From Candidatus Omnitrophota bacterium (GTDB lineage Bacteria > Omnitrophota > Gorgyraeia > Gygaellales > Profunditerraquicolaceae), in the NCBI GenBank assembly GCA_028717245.1, contig JAQUOD010000001.1:21514-85513 (forward strand): 64,000 bases of DNA. The letters are read 5' to 3'. A program made the position numbers and the translations under genes. The notes beneath the pieces are model-generated. The model ran no database searches and was not told the origin of the DNA. It worked only from the letters and a program-made list of their open reading frames with translations. Shown piece by piece: positions 9,167 through 17,077 of the stretch (position 1 is its first letter; each line of letters begins with the position of its first letter).

Positions 9167-9591
9167 TTTAACTCGATTTCCGTCTTTCGCTTCCGCGTGC
9201 TGAAAATCTTTGCCGTGCACTACGGTTTACTCGTTGCTTCCGCCAGTTGACTTACGCAAGGCAGGCAGCACTCCAGCAACTCGTAAATCCTTGTGCACTC
9301 CTGCCAAAGATTTTCTTATGCACGCTTCAGCAAAAGCCGGAAATCTTATGTACCGCGTAAATTGTAAATTAATCTTACGGTTTAGTGGGTGGCAAGGCTG
9401 TTTTCGAACAGCATGTAGTTTGTGCGAACGGCCAGGGTTCACCCGCTAACTAGAGATATCGGTGAGAGTGAGCACAAACTCCAAGCGAGAAATTCCTCGG
9501 TGGGGAATTTCGAGCGGTGCTGTGAGAAAATAGCCTTGACAGGACCCACTACTTCGGAAGTAAGAATAATTTACAGCGTTATAGCTTAAAA

Positions 9592-9626
9592 CTATTGACA
9601 GACAAGGGGTTTTGTGTTATAAAAAA
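9592..9626 (+). promoter_or_regulatory. Sigma-70-type promoter TTGACA-N17(gacaaggggttttgtgt)-TATAAA driving membrane-protein/ParA-CBM48/K-rich operon
   Basis: Consensus -35, extended TGn -10; shared AAGGGGTTnTGTG spacer with 5733 promoter. Confidence 0.5.
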
Positions 9627-9636
9627 AGACTTAGAG

Positions 9637-10194
9637 ATGAAGAAAAAAGACATTTACGAACACCTGGCGCATATCTACTTGGATGCCTCTTCAAAGAAAC
9701 GAAGAAGTATACACACCCATCCCCAATTTTTCCCAAGAATATTCCTGGCGAGTTTTATCATAATCGGCGTAGGTTTTCTCTTTGCCTATATAAACCGTAA
9801 CCGCAACCTTAAATCCGATACGGCGCTTGTGCTTTGTTTTGACCCTGTGAAGGTGAACTTTCATTTTGATCCCGCTAAAAAAGAAATATATTCCATCAAT
9901 TTAAATAAGCTGAACCTGGCGAAATTCAAGACACTGGCGTTCGCCGTCAAAAGGACCGATTACCGCGATAACCTTTCGTTACGGATAGAGCTTACTAATA
10001 TATTCCGGGAAAAATCCGAGCTGTATATAAAAAATATACCGCATAGATGGCAGGATTATAAGATTAACTTATCCGAATTTAAAAATATAAGCGCTTGGTC
10101 TGAAATGGTGAATCTTTCTTTTATTGTTGAAGAATGGAACGCAAAAGGAAAAAAGGGAATAGTTTATCTGGATAATATAAGGTTTCTACGCTAA
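9637..10194 (+). CDS. Membrane-anchored hypothetical protein (start moved to MKKKDIYEH; listed ORF 9595 overlaps the promoter)
   Basis: Single N-terminal TM helix; first gene after TTGACA-N17-TATAAA promoter at 9592-9625. Confidence 0.5.
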   Translation: MKKKDIYEHLAHIYLDASSKKRRSIHTHPQFFPRIFLASFIIIGVGFLFAYINRNRNLKSDTALVLCFDPVKVNFHFDPAKKEIYSINLNKLNLAKFKTLAFAVKRTDYRDNLSLRIELTNIFREKSELYIKNIPHRWQDYKINLSEFKNISAWSEMVNLSFIVEEWNAKGKKGIVYLDNIRFLR

Positions 10195-10213
10195 GAAAAA
10201 GGAGGCAAGGCCT

Positions 10214-11308
10214 ATGCGGATTATCTCTATCACTAACCAGAAGGGCGGCTGCGGAAAGACTACCACAGCCATAAATTTAGCGGCATCTTTGGCCAGTAAC
10301 AATAGAAGGGTTTTGTTGGTAGATTTAGACCCGCAGGCGCATGCGACTTCAGGTTTAAACATCAAAACAAGCTTGACTATTTACAATGTCCTCTCCAAAT
10401 TGACTAATAAAAAAGCAGGGCTGAAAGATATCATCCAGGCCGTAGGGGTTAATTTTGATATCGCCCCATCGGGCATTGTCTTAAGCACCTTAGAGCAGGA
10501 ATTAGCCGGTGAAATCGGCAGGGAATCCAGGCTCTGGGAGGTCTTGACTAATTTCAAGGGTAATTACGATTATATTTTAATTGACTGTCCTCCGAACCTG
10601 GGGATTCTGACTATAAATGCCATCCGGGCTACCCACGAAATCATCATCCCTGTTGAGGCGAGCAGGTTTTCCTTAGAGGGCCTAAGCCAGCTCAGTGATA
10701 TTATGAATCTGGTGAAAGAGCGCCTTAATCATAGCGTGGACTTTAAGATCCTGGTTACTAACTTTGATTCGCGCCTGAGGCATTCTTTTAAGATGCTGGA
10801 TAAAATAAAATCCACTTTCAAGGATAAGCTTTTTAGCAATATCATCCACGTCAATGTAAAACTTAAGGAAGCGCAGAATGAGGGTACTCATATCATCAAT
10901 TACGATAAGTATTGCCGCGGGACAAAAGATTATTTCAGCCTTTCGCGGGAGATCATTACCCAGGAAACAACACCTTTAAATCCGAAACCCCAGGTGAATC
11001 TAAAAGAAAGGATGAAGGAAGTTTTGAAGGAACAGATGCCCAAGTTTACCGAGATCGTTTTCTCCGTGTTCGCCCCTGAGGCCAAAGAGGTCTATGTGGC
11101 TGGAGATTTTAATAACTGGAAAATGGACGAGAATAGCCGTATGGTTAATCGCGAGGGCACCTGGAGCAGAAAAATATTCCTTAATTCCGGCCGTTATCAT
11201 TACCGTTTTGTTATAGACGGCAAGTGGGTTGAGGATTTCAATAACCCTACACGGGAAACGAATCCGTACGGGGAGTTAAATTCCCTTTTAGAGATAAAGT
11301 CCTGGTAA
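10214..11308 (+). CDS. ParA/MinD-family deviant Walker-A ATPase fused to C-terminal AMPK-beta/CBM48 glycogen-binding domain
   Basis: KGGCGKTT deviant Walker A and ParA-like body for ~260 aa; C-terminal 85 aa match the AMPK1_CBM pattern KEVYVAGDFNNW..GRYHYRFVIDGKW..NP. Confidence 0.8.
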   Translation: MRIISITNQKGGCGKTTTAINLAASLASNNRRVLLVDLDPQAHATSGLNIKTSLTIYNVLSKLTNKKAGLKDIIQAVGVNFDIAPSGIVLSTLEQELAGEIGRESRLWEVLTNFKGNYDYILIDCPPNLGILTINAIRATHEIIIPVEASRFSLEGLSQLSDIMNLVKERLNHSVDFKILVTNFDSRLRHSFKMLDKIKSTFKDKLFSNIIHVNVKLKEAQNEGTHIINYDKYCRGTKDYFSLSREIITQETTPLNPKPQVNLKERMKEVLKEQMPKFTEIVFSVFAPEAKEVYVAGDFNNWKMDENSRMVNREGTWSRKIFLNSGRYHYRFVIDGKWVEDFNNPTRETNPYGELNSLLEIKSW

Positions 11309-11341
11309 GGCAGGAAAAGCGTATAAAAAGGGGGTGTAAAA

Positions 11342-11737
11342 ATGGCGAAGAAGAAGAAAAAGAAAGCAACGGTGAAAGGAAAAGTTACGAAGAAAAAGGT
11401 ACTGAAAAGAAAGCCTGCAAAGAAAAGGATTCTTAAAAAGAAGGCCTCTAAGAAAAAATCCGTTTCAAAAGTAAAAGCGGTTAAGAAGCTGAAAGAGAAT
11501 GTTATCGGAGAAATAACGCATTATTTTCCTCATGTCAGGGCAGCGGTAATAAAACTAAAGGCGCCTTTAGCAACAGGCGATGCCATTAAAATTAAAGGCC
11601 ATACTACCGATTTACAGCAGGTAGTTACTTCTATGCAGATTGACCATGTAGTAGTAAGTGATGCCAAAAAGGGCCAGGAGATCGGCCTTTTAGTGGAATC
11701 CCGCGTCAGGCAGCACGATGTAGTCTATAAACTATAA
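11342..11737 (+). CDS. Lysine-rich (histone H1-like) N-terminal tail protein with C-terminal small beta-barrel domain (EF-Tu domain-2-like)
   Basis: First 55 residues ~60% K/R; C-terminal VIGEITHYFPHVRAAVIKLKAPLATGDAIKIKG resembles translation-factor domain-2 barrel. Confidence 0.55.
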   Translation: MAKKKKKKATVKGKVTKKKVLKRKPAKKRILKKKASKKKSVSKVKAVKKLKENVIGEITHYFPHVRAAVIKLKAPLATGDAIKIKGHTTDLQQVVTSMQIDHVVVSDAKKGQEIGLLVESRVRQHDVVYKL

Positions 11738-11747
11738 AGCGGAAATG

Positions 11748-11810
11748 GTATCAAAGTATCAATGTATCATAGTATCAAGGTTTTTTCTTTGACACCTGAC
11801 ACTTTGATAC
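11748..11810. repeat. GTATCAAAG-arm palindromic element, copy B
   Basis: GGTATCAAAGTATCAATGTATCATAGTATCAAGG-TTTTTT-CTTTGACACCTGACACTTTGATAC. Confidence 0.7.
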
Positions 11811-11844
11811 AGACGTAATAATACAAGGAGGAGGGAGGGGGGTC

Positions 11845-12027
11845 ATGCGGCTTATAGAAATTGAAAAGAAGGCCAGGGGCCTGGGGGTAAAGGATACCTG
11901 GAAATATTCCAAGAAAGATTTGATTAAGACAATTCAGCGTAAGGAAGGCAATTTTGACTGTTTCGCTACGGCTAAGCGTGGTTGCGATCAATTAGCCTGC
12001 TGTTGGAGAGCCGATTGCTTAAAGTAA
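11845..12027 (+). CDS. Small protein: Rho-N/SAP-like N-terminal helix-hairpin plus C-terminal 5-Cys cluster
   Basis: LIEIEKKARGLGVKDTWKYSKKDLIKTIQ resembles Rho_N domain; tail CFATAKRGCDQLACCWRADC. Confidence 0.45.
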   Translation: MRLIEIEKKARGLGVKDTWKYSKKDLIKTIQRKEGNFDCFATAKRGCDQLACCWRADCLK

Positions 12028-12049
12028 GAAAGGGTTAAAAAGAAAGCCC

Positions 12050-12238
12050 ATGGCTAAATATAAGTGTCAGATTTGCGACAGGGAGATTGATGATTTCGCC
12101 AGCCTCGCGCATATAAAGGCAGAAGAATATCTCTTGGCTTTGATCCAGCGTGACCATCCTGAATGGAAAGAACGCGGCAAGACCTGCCATAGATGCGTAG
12201 AGTATTATCGTAAACTGGTAAAAGAAACCGAAATTTAA
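12050..12238 (+). CDS. Small zinc-ribbon protein (CxxC ... CxxC)
   Basis: CQIC at N-terminus and CHRC near C-terminus. Confidence 0.45.
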   Translation: MAKYKCQICDREIDDFASLAHIKAEEYLLALIQRDHPEWKERGKTCHRCVEYYRKLVKETEI

Positions 12239-12392
12239 AACCCTCTTTTTTTATTTTCCAGAGGTTATCTATACGCCCTATTATAATGACTTTTTAGCGA
12301 TCATCGCTAGAGTTATTTTTTTATTAGCTATTTATGGTTATGTACTCATAATAAATAGGGCGTTAAAAGTAGGTAAAATCAGGTAAATAAGC

Positions 12393-12701
12393 ATGAAGAG
12401 GCGCGGAAGGCCTAAGAAATACAGGATAGTGCGGGTTGACCCCAGAATAAACCAGTTTAGCCCAAGGGGCAGGCCAGGCCGGCCGGATGAGGTAGATTTA
12501 ACTATGGATGAATTTGAGGCAGTGCGCCTGGCGGATTACCTGGGTTTAAGCCAGAAAGAGGCAGCTAAATCCATGCATATCTCCCAGCAGACCTTTAGCC
12601 GTATCCTGAAAAGGGCGCGCAAGTCCTTAGCCAGCGGCCTGATAGGCGGCAAAATTATCAAGATCCAGGGAGGAACCTACATTATTAGTTCAGCCAAATA
12701 A
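12393..12701 (+). CDS. DUF134/UPF0251 family putative DNA-binding protein
   Basis: MKRRGRPKK..RGRPGRP..LTMDEFEAVRLADYLGLSQKEAAKSMHISQQTFSRILKRARKSLA matches DUF134 pattern with sigma-70 region-4-like HTH. Confidence 0.7.
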   Translation: MKRRGRPKKYRIVRVDPRINQFSPRGRPGRPDEVDLTMDEFEAVRLADYLGLSQKEAAKSMHISQQTFSRILKRARKSLASGLIGGKIIKIQGGTYIISSAK

Positions 12702-12965
12702 TCCCTACCAAAACCGCACCAGGTGCAAATCTAATCGGGCACCTGGTGCGAATTCAAGATTGTACCTGTCCCAAGATTATTCTTACAAACAAGATAAAAA
12801 GAGCTATATTGCTAACTTCCTATAATATATCTTATGTTAACTTGAGCATATTGAGAGAATTGATTTAACATATTGGAGCGTAAAGAGTTACAAATTTTGG
12901 GATTTTCCTGTGGATAAGCCAGATTTGATTTACTTGGGCTTACTTATCTCTTTTATCTTTGACAT

Positions 12966-13814
12966 TTAAAAACAAAACGTGAGCTTATTTGACAGGCCAG
13001 ATTGGCGGGCGTATTCAACGGTTTTTTCCTTGAGCTGGCGGGAATATTCGGCATATTTGGCAAGATTAAAATAAAACCTCCCTCCTAATCCCCTCTTTAG
13101 GCTATTTAGGACACCCCAACGTGGATTGAGCTTATCTACGTAGACTTGGCTTAAATTTAAGCCCTCTAGGGCCCTAAAAAGGCCTTCCAGATTGGCTCTG
13201 GTATCGCTAAATTCCGGGATTAGCGGCCCTAAAAATACCCAGGTTTTTATACCTTTACTCTGGGCTTTTTTGAGGGTATTTAGGCGCTCCCGGGTTTCTG
13301 AAGCATAAGGTTCTAAGGCTTTTTGTAGGCCTAGATTCAGTGTGGTCATGGTCATGCCTAAACTAGGGGTTTTATAGTTGCTTAAAATATCAAAATCGCG
13401 CTCAATCAAGCTGCTCTTAGTCAGGATAGAAACCTCAAAACCGGCTTCCAAAAGTAGCTTAAGGCATGCCCGGGAGAGTTTATATTTTGCCTCCAGCGGC
13501 TGCCAGCCATCACAGATAGAGCTCATAAACACCTCGATTTTATCCGGTGCTTTCCGAGGCGTCCTGAGCGTAGCGAAGGAAACCTCTTTCGGAGGCCTGA
13601 TTTTTCGTAGTTGTTTAGCCAAAACTTCGGGCGCGTTTACCTTAACATCCACAAAATCGCCCCAGTCTTCAGGCCTATCCTTGAACTTTTTCATATATCG
13701 GGCATAGCAATACAGGCATCTGTGGCTACAGCCTACGTAGCAGTTCAGGGTAAAATCGCTTAGGTTGGACTTATTCAGGAGGGTTTTGCAGGTAATTTCG
13801 CGGATTTTGAGCAT
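12966..13814 (-). CDS. Radical SAM domain protein (SplB/COG1533-like)
   Basis: Cys cluster CYVGCSHRCLYC near N-terminus; size ~280 aa. Confidence 0.55.
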   Translation of the reverse strand: MLKIREITCKTLLNKSNLSDFTLNCYVGCSHRCLYCYARYMKKFKDRPEDWGDFVDVKVNAPEVLAKQLRKIRPPKEVSFATLRTPRKAPDKIEVFMSSICDGWQPLEAKYKLSRACLKLLLEAGFEVSILTKSSLIERDFDILSNYKTPSLGMTMTTLNLGLQKALEPYASETRERLNTLKKAQSKGIKTWVFLGPLIPEFSDTRANLEGLFRALEGLNLSQVYVDKLNPRWGVLNSLKRGLGGRFYFNLAKYAEYSRQLKEKTVEYARQSGLSNKLTFCF

Positions 13815-13857
13815 AAAAAGAGAAACTTATGGAGACCTTTTACCTTAATAGTAAATA

Positions 13858-13900
13858 ATAAAAAGCCCGCACTCTCCTTAAGTACGGGCTTTGATTTTTC
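13858..13900. terminator. Bidirectional hairpin terminator
   Basis: AAAAGCCCGCACTC..GTACGGGCTTT flanked by A/T runs on both strands. Confidence 0.55.
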
Positions 13901-14020
13901 TTTTGCTGGCGCAAGGCAGGGACCGTAAAACCTAATTTCGCCAGCTAAATTAGGTGCTAAGCCCTCCTGCGTCTCAACTCTAACTAAAGTTTATCACAAA
14001 TAAAGCTCTTGTCAAGAAAT

Positions 14021-14707
14021 TTAAGTAACCGCTTTACGGAAACACGGAATTCTCCACGACTCGAGTTTACTTAAAAATTGATTATATCTATCAACCGAAA
14101 ATGCTGTTAAGAATCCTAGCGAGCCGTCTTTCCTCTTAATAATAATTACGAGGAAAAAGGTTCGATAATACGCCTCTGTTATATGTACTGGATATTCAAA
14201 GTGAGACACGTATAAATATTTTACGCTATTACGTTCCTGTTTTTCATAAATTTCTCTACTATTTTCAAGAGTATAATGAATCCAGGGAAGACGTTTTGCT
14301 CGTGGTTCAAGAAAATTATCTGGTTTCATCTCGTGGCCATCATATAAAAAATCCATCCCCAGCTCATCAATAGTTATTTCTTCACCTAAAGAATCTTTGA
14401 CCTTACCCATCACTTTTTTATCATAGTAATCGAGCGCTTCCTTTTCTTCAATCTTTCTTCCAAAATTTTCTAACAAGTTGCCCTGCGCTATTATTAAATT
14501 ATCTTTCTGGTGATGATAGTATATCAAATTTAGACATTGGGCTATTTCTTTATGTTTAAGCTGTAGTTTATTTCTATGCTTCTGCTTATAATAAAACATC
14601 TTTATCGCATCATAAAATACATCTAAGGTTACATCTCTATTGTAGGTAGAAAGTAACCGGCTATTCTCCATAATTCTTAGTAACTTTTTTTCTTTAAGAT
14701 TACTCAT
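14021..14707 (-). CDS. Hypothetical protein in AT-rich island (start at MSNLKEKK; weak HEPN-like RxxxxH)
   Basis: ORF in ~30% GC region; own promoter copy upstream; motif RLPWIH only suggestive. Confidence 0.5.
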   Translation of the reverse strand: MSNLKEKKLLRIMENSRLLSTYNRDVTLDVFYDAIKMFYYKQKHRNKLQLKHKEIAQCLNLIYYHHQKDNLIIAQGNLLENFGRKIEEKEALDYYDKKVMGKVKDSLGEEITIDELGMDFLYDGHEMKPDNFLEPRAKRLPWIHYTLENSREIYEKQERNSVKYLYVSHFEYPVHITEAYYRTFFLVIIIKRKDGSLGFLTAFSVDRYNQFLSKLESWRIPCFRKAVT

Positions 14708-14842
14708 GGGTTTTTGCCTTTTTACTATAATAGACGTAATAAATGGCAAAATCTAACAGAGATTTTTTAGATTTCTTCAGGGATAGTCATCGGGAATGAA
14801 AAATAGAGTCGGATTTATTTTTCAAAAATAATTCTGAACTTA

Positions 14843-15589
14843 TTAACCCATTAATTGTTTTTTACTAATCTTCTTTATTAGAAGAGGCCTCTCTTTTTTT
14901 ATTCTGATAATCTGGAGCTCCCCATACGTCCCGCTAGAACTCGTTGCTATCTGTGAATCGCCACCCGTAGAGCCTAAAGCTAATAAATCTCTAACCGCTG
15001 GCTCCATAGAATTATTCCGTTGCACAATAGACTTTAGTTTTGTAATGGGCTCATCAAAAGAATTGCGGATTTCAGAACATATATCTTTCAACCCATTATT
15101 ATATCTTATTATTTTCTCCCCAGCATTATTAATAAGCAATTCGTGGATGAAATGTACTATAACTTTGCAGCTTTCTAAGCGTGAATATAAATTTATTATT
15201 TTTATTGCAAGCTCTTTATCATAACCACAAGCAATGGTAAAATAATTTTCATAAGCTATTAATTGCGGTGGATTCCAAACCCAACTATATATAAATGTAT
15301 TTTTATCTATTTTCCCTTTATGACCACCTACAGCATAATCATGAATGAATTGGTGAACCCAATTCTTATTTTGTTCCAATTCATAAATCAGAGACTCAAC
15401 TCCAATAAGCCTTTTGTCTTCTTCTATTTTTCTTATTTGTTTTATTTGTTTTTGCGCAAGTTGCCACATTACTATGATTGTAATTAATCCAACAGCGATT
15501 CCAATTATCATAATAAGCGAGCCCATCCAAGGTTTTGTAAGTAATAGAACAAATTGTTTAGAGATTTCTACGGCCTGTGCCACATTCAT
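14843..15589 (-). CDS. Hypothetical membrane-anchored protein in AT-rich island
   Basis: N-terminal TM helix SLIMIIGIAVGLITIIVMW; no recognisable catalytic motif. Confidence 0.5.
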   Translation of the reverse strand: MNVAQAVEISKQFVLLLTKPWMGSLIMIIGIAVGLITIIVMWQLAQKQIKQIRKIEEDKRLIGVESLIYELEQNKNWVHQFIHDYAVGGHKGKIDKNTFIYSWVWNPPQLIAYENYFTIACGYDKELAIKIINLYSRLESCKVIVHFIHELLINNAGEKIIRYNNGLKDICSEIRNSFDEPITKLKSIVQRNNSMEPAVRDLLALGSTGGDSQIATSSSGTYGELQIIRIKKERPLLIKKISKKQLMG

Positions 15590-15775
15590 TTTATTGCACT
15601 CCTCCCCTACTCAAGAAAAAAGGCAACCCCCCTTCTATCTTGGAGAGTTGCCTTTAATTATTAGTTGCTTTTGGGTCCATTTTAGCCAAGTCTACGTTTA
15701 GGGACAGACACCTTGGTTTCTAATATACACCTTAGGGTCAGTCCCTTCATTATTCTACGCCTAATAGGAGCTTTG

Positions 15776-16522
15776 TCAATAGGGGCGGTTCTGCATAATA
15801 TAGAAGCCGTAGCCGTAGTAGGCGCAGTATTTCTTGTACATTTCTATTTCTAGCTCTAAGGGGTCAAAGATGGCCTGGGTAGCCGGGTCGCCTCTATATT
15901 TAATCTTCTTCTCGGCAAGCACCTTCTCTAGCGGGGTATAGTAACCCGTCCACCAGGATTCATCCGGCAAGGGGAAATAATCGATGAGCTTATATCCTGC
16001 CGAATCAATGAGCGGATAGATATCTTTGTAATATTTAATATTCGGATCTACTTTGGCGAAGAAGTCCCTTACTTCCTGCGGCGCGTCTTGTTTAAACCAG
16101 ACTAAATCACTTACCACTAAGTAGCCATTAGGCCGCAGGAATTTTTTCCAGTAGGCAAGCCCCTTGGCAAACCCCATGATAAAGACAGACCCCTCGGACC
16201 AGATTAAGTCAAAACTCGCCTCTTTAAAATCCATCGCGGCCATGTCGCCTACGACACATTTGATCCTGTCCGGATAGCCGGCTTGGCCAAGGTTGCGCTT
16301 AAGGGCTTCGATAAAGGGCGGATGGTTATCCAGGGCGGTAATGTTGCCGGAGGTTAACTTGGCCAGAACAAGAGTCTGTTTGCCCGCGCCGCAGCCTACA
16401 TCCAGGATTTCGGGGTGCTTAGGCAATTCGCTAAGCTTTTGAAAGGCCTTTTGAGTGGAGAGCTCATCACCCGGCCCCTGCCTGGGCAAGGCCTCAAATA
16501 TTTCGTAGAAAAGTTTGTCCAT
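15776..16522 (-). CDS. Class I SAM-dependent methyltransferase
   Basis: Motif I ILDVGCGAGKQT, motif post-I, typical fold length. Confidence 0.8.
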   Translation of the reverse strand: MDKLFYEIFEALPRQGPGDELSTQKAFQKLSELPKHPEILDVGCGAGKQTLVLAKLTSGNITALDNHPPFIEALKRNLGQAGYPDRIKCVVGDMAAMDFKEASFDLIWSEGSVFIMGFAKGLAYWKKFLRPNGYLVVSDLVWFKQDAPQEVRDFFAKVDPNIKYYKDIYPLIDSAGYKLIDYFPLPDESWWTGYYTPLEKVLAEKKIKYRGDPATQAIFDPLELEIEMYKKYCAYYGYGFYIMQNRPY

Positions 16523-16530
16523 TGGGCGGT

Positions 16531-16776
16531 CTATGCGCTGGCCAGTTTATGCAGCATTTCGGAAATGAGGGTTTGGTATTTAACTCCTAATTCTCGCGCT
16601 TTTTGCTTGATATGCTTTAAATCATAGCTGTTCACGCGCATATTTAAGACGGTATCTTTCTTTTTGCGTTCAAGGGCTTCTACGATTGCGTCATATTCTT
16701 TCCCTGTTACGGGAACATATTCCTCTAGATGGTCTTCAATCCACTGCTCTTGTTTTGTTAGTTTCATTCTCCTCAT
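16531..16776 (-). CDS. brnA: BrnA-family antitoxin (RHH/CopG-like)
   Basis: LTKQEQWIEDHLEEYVPVTGKEYDAIVEALERKKKDTVLNMRVNSYDLKHIKQKARELGVKYQTLISEMLHKLA matches BrnA consensus. Confidence 0.8.
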   Translation of the reverse strand: MRRMKLTKQEQWIEDHLEEYVPVTGKEYDAIVEALERKKKDTVLNMRVNSYDLKHIKQKARELGVKYQTLISEMLHKLASA

Positions 16777-17077
16777 TATTTCTCCTTTTTTGATAAATTT
16801 TCTTTACTTTCCGGCTAGGATAGATTGTTTTTAAAAATATGCCTTTGGTTTCAAATACAAACGGCACTGCCCAGGCATAGCCTTTATATTTATAAGCTAA
16901 AACCCATTGATTATTCCGGGATGGATGCTCATGGATGCCCAGAAATTTAGCGTGTATAATTTCTTCGAACGAAACTCCCCTTGTGCGCTTCACTCGTTTA
17001 CTTTTTTCCGGATTCCATGATATTGTATATACAATTGTATTACTTTCCTGCGGTTTGTCAAGTTCTTTTTTATTCAT
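16736..17077 (-). CDS. brnT: BrnT-family toxin (DUF497 ribonuclease)
   Basis: ISWNPEKSKRVKRTRGVSFEEI..VLAYKYKG matches DUF497/BrnT; overlaps brnA by 41 nt as typical. Confidence 0.75.
   Translation of the reverse strand: MNKKELDKPQESNTIVYTISWNPEKSKRVKRTRGVSFEEIIHAKFLGIHEHPSRNNQWVLAYKYKGYAWAVPFVFETKGIFLKTIYPSRKVKKIYQKRRNNEENETNKTRAVD

Noticed and set aside
9210-9449. Overlapping ORFs 9210-9449 (+) and 9227-9442 (-)
   Set aside because: No RBS, both strands open, GC-rich low-information region; better explained as non-coding or structured-RNA DNA than as proteins
11767-11991. Minus-strand 74 aa ORF
   Set aside because: Reads through the GTATCAAAG palindromic element and runs antisense to the small Rho-N-like gene; no RBS
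12719-12756. Perfect 12 bp inverted repeat CGCACCAGGTGC-N12-GCACCTGGTGCG after the DUF134 gene
   Set aside because: No trailing T-run, so not a canonical intrinsic terminator; it could be an operator but there is no second copy or other support, so it is left unannotated
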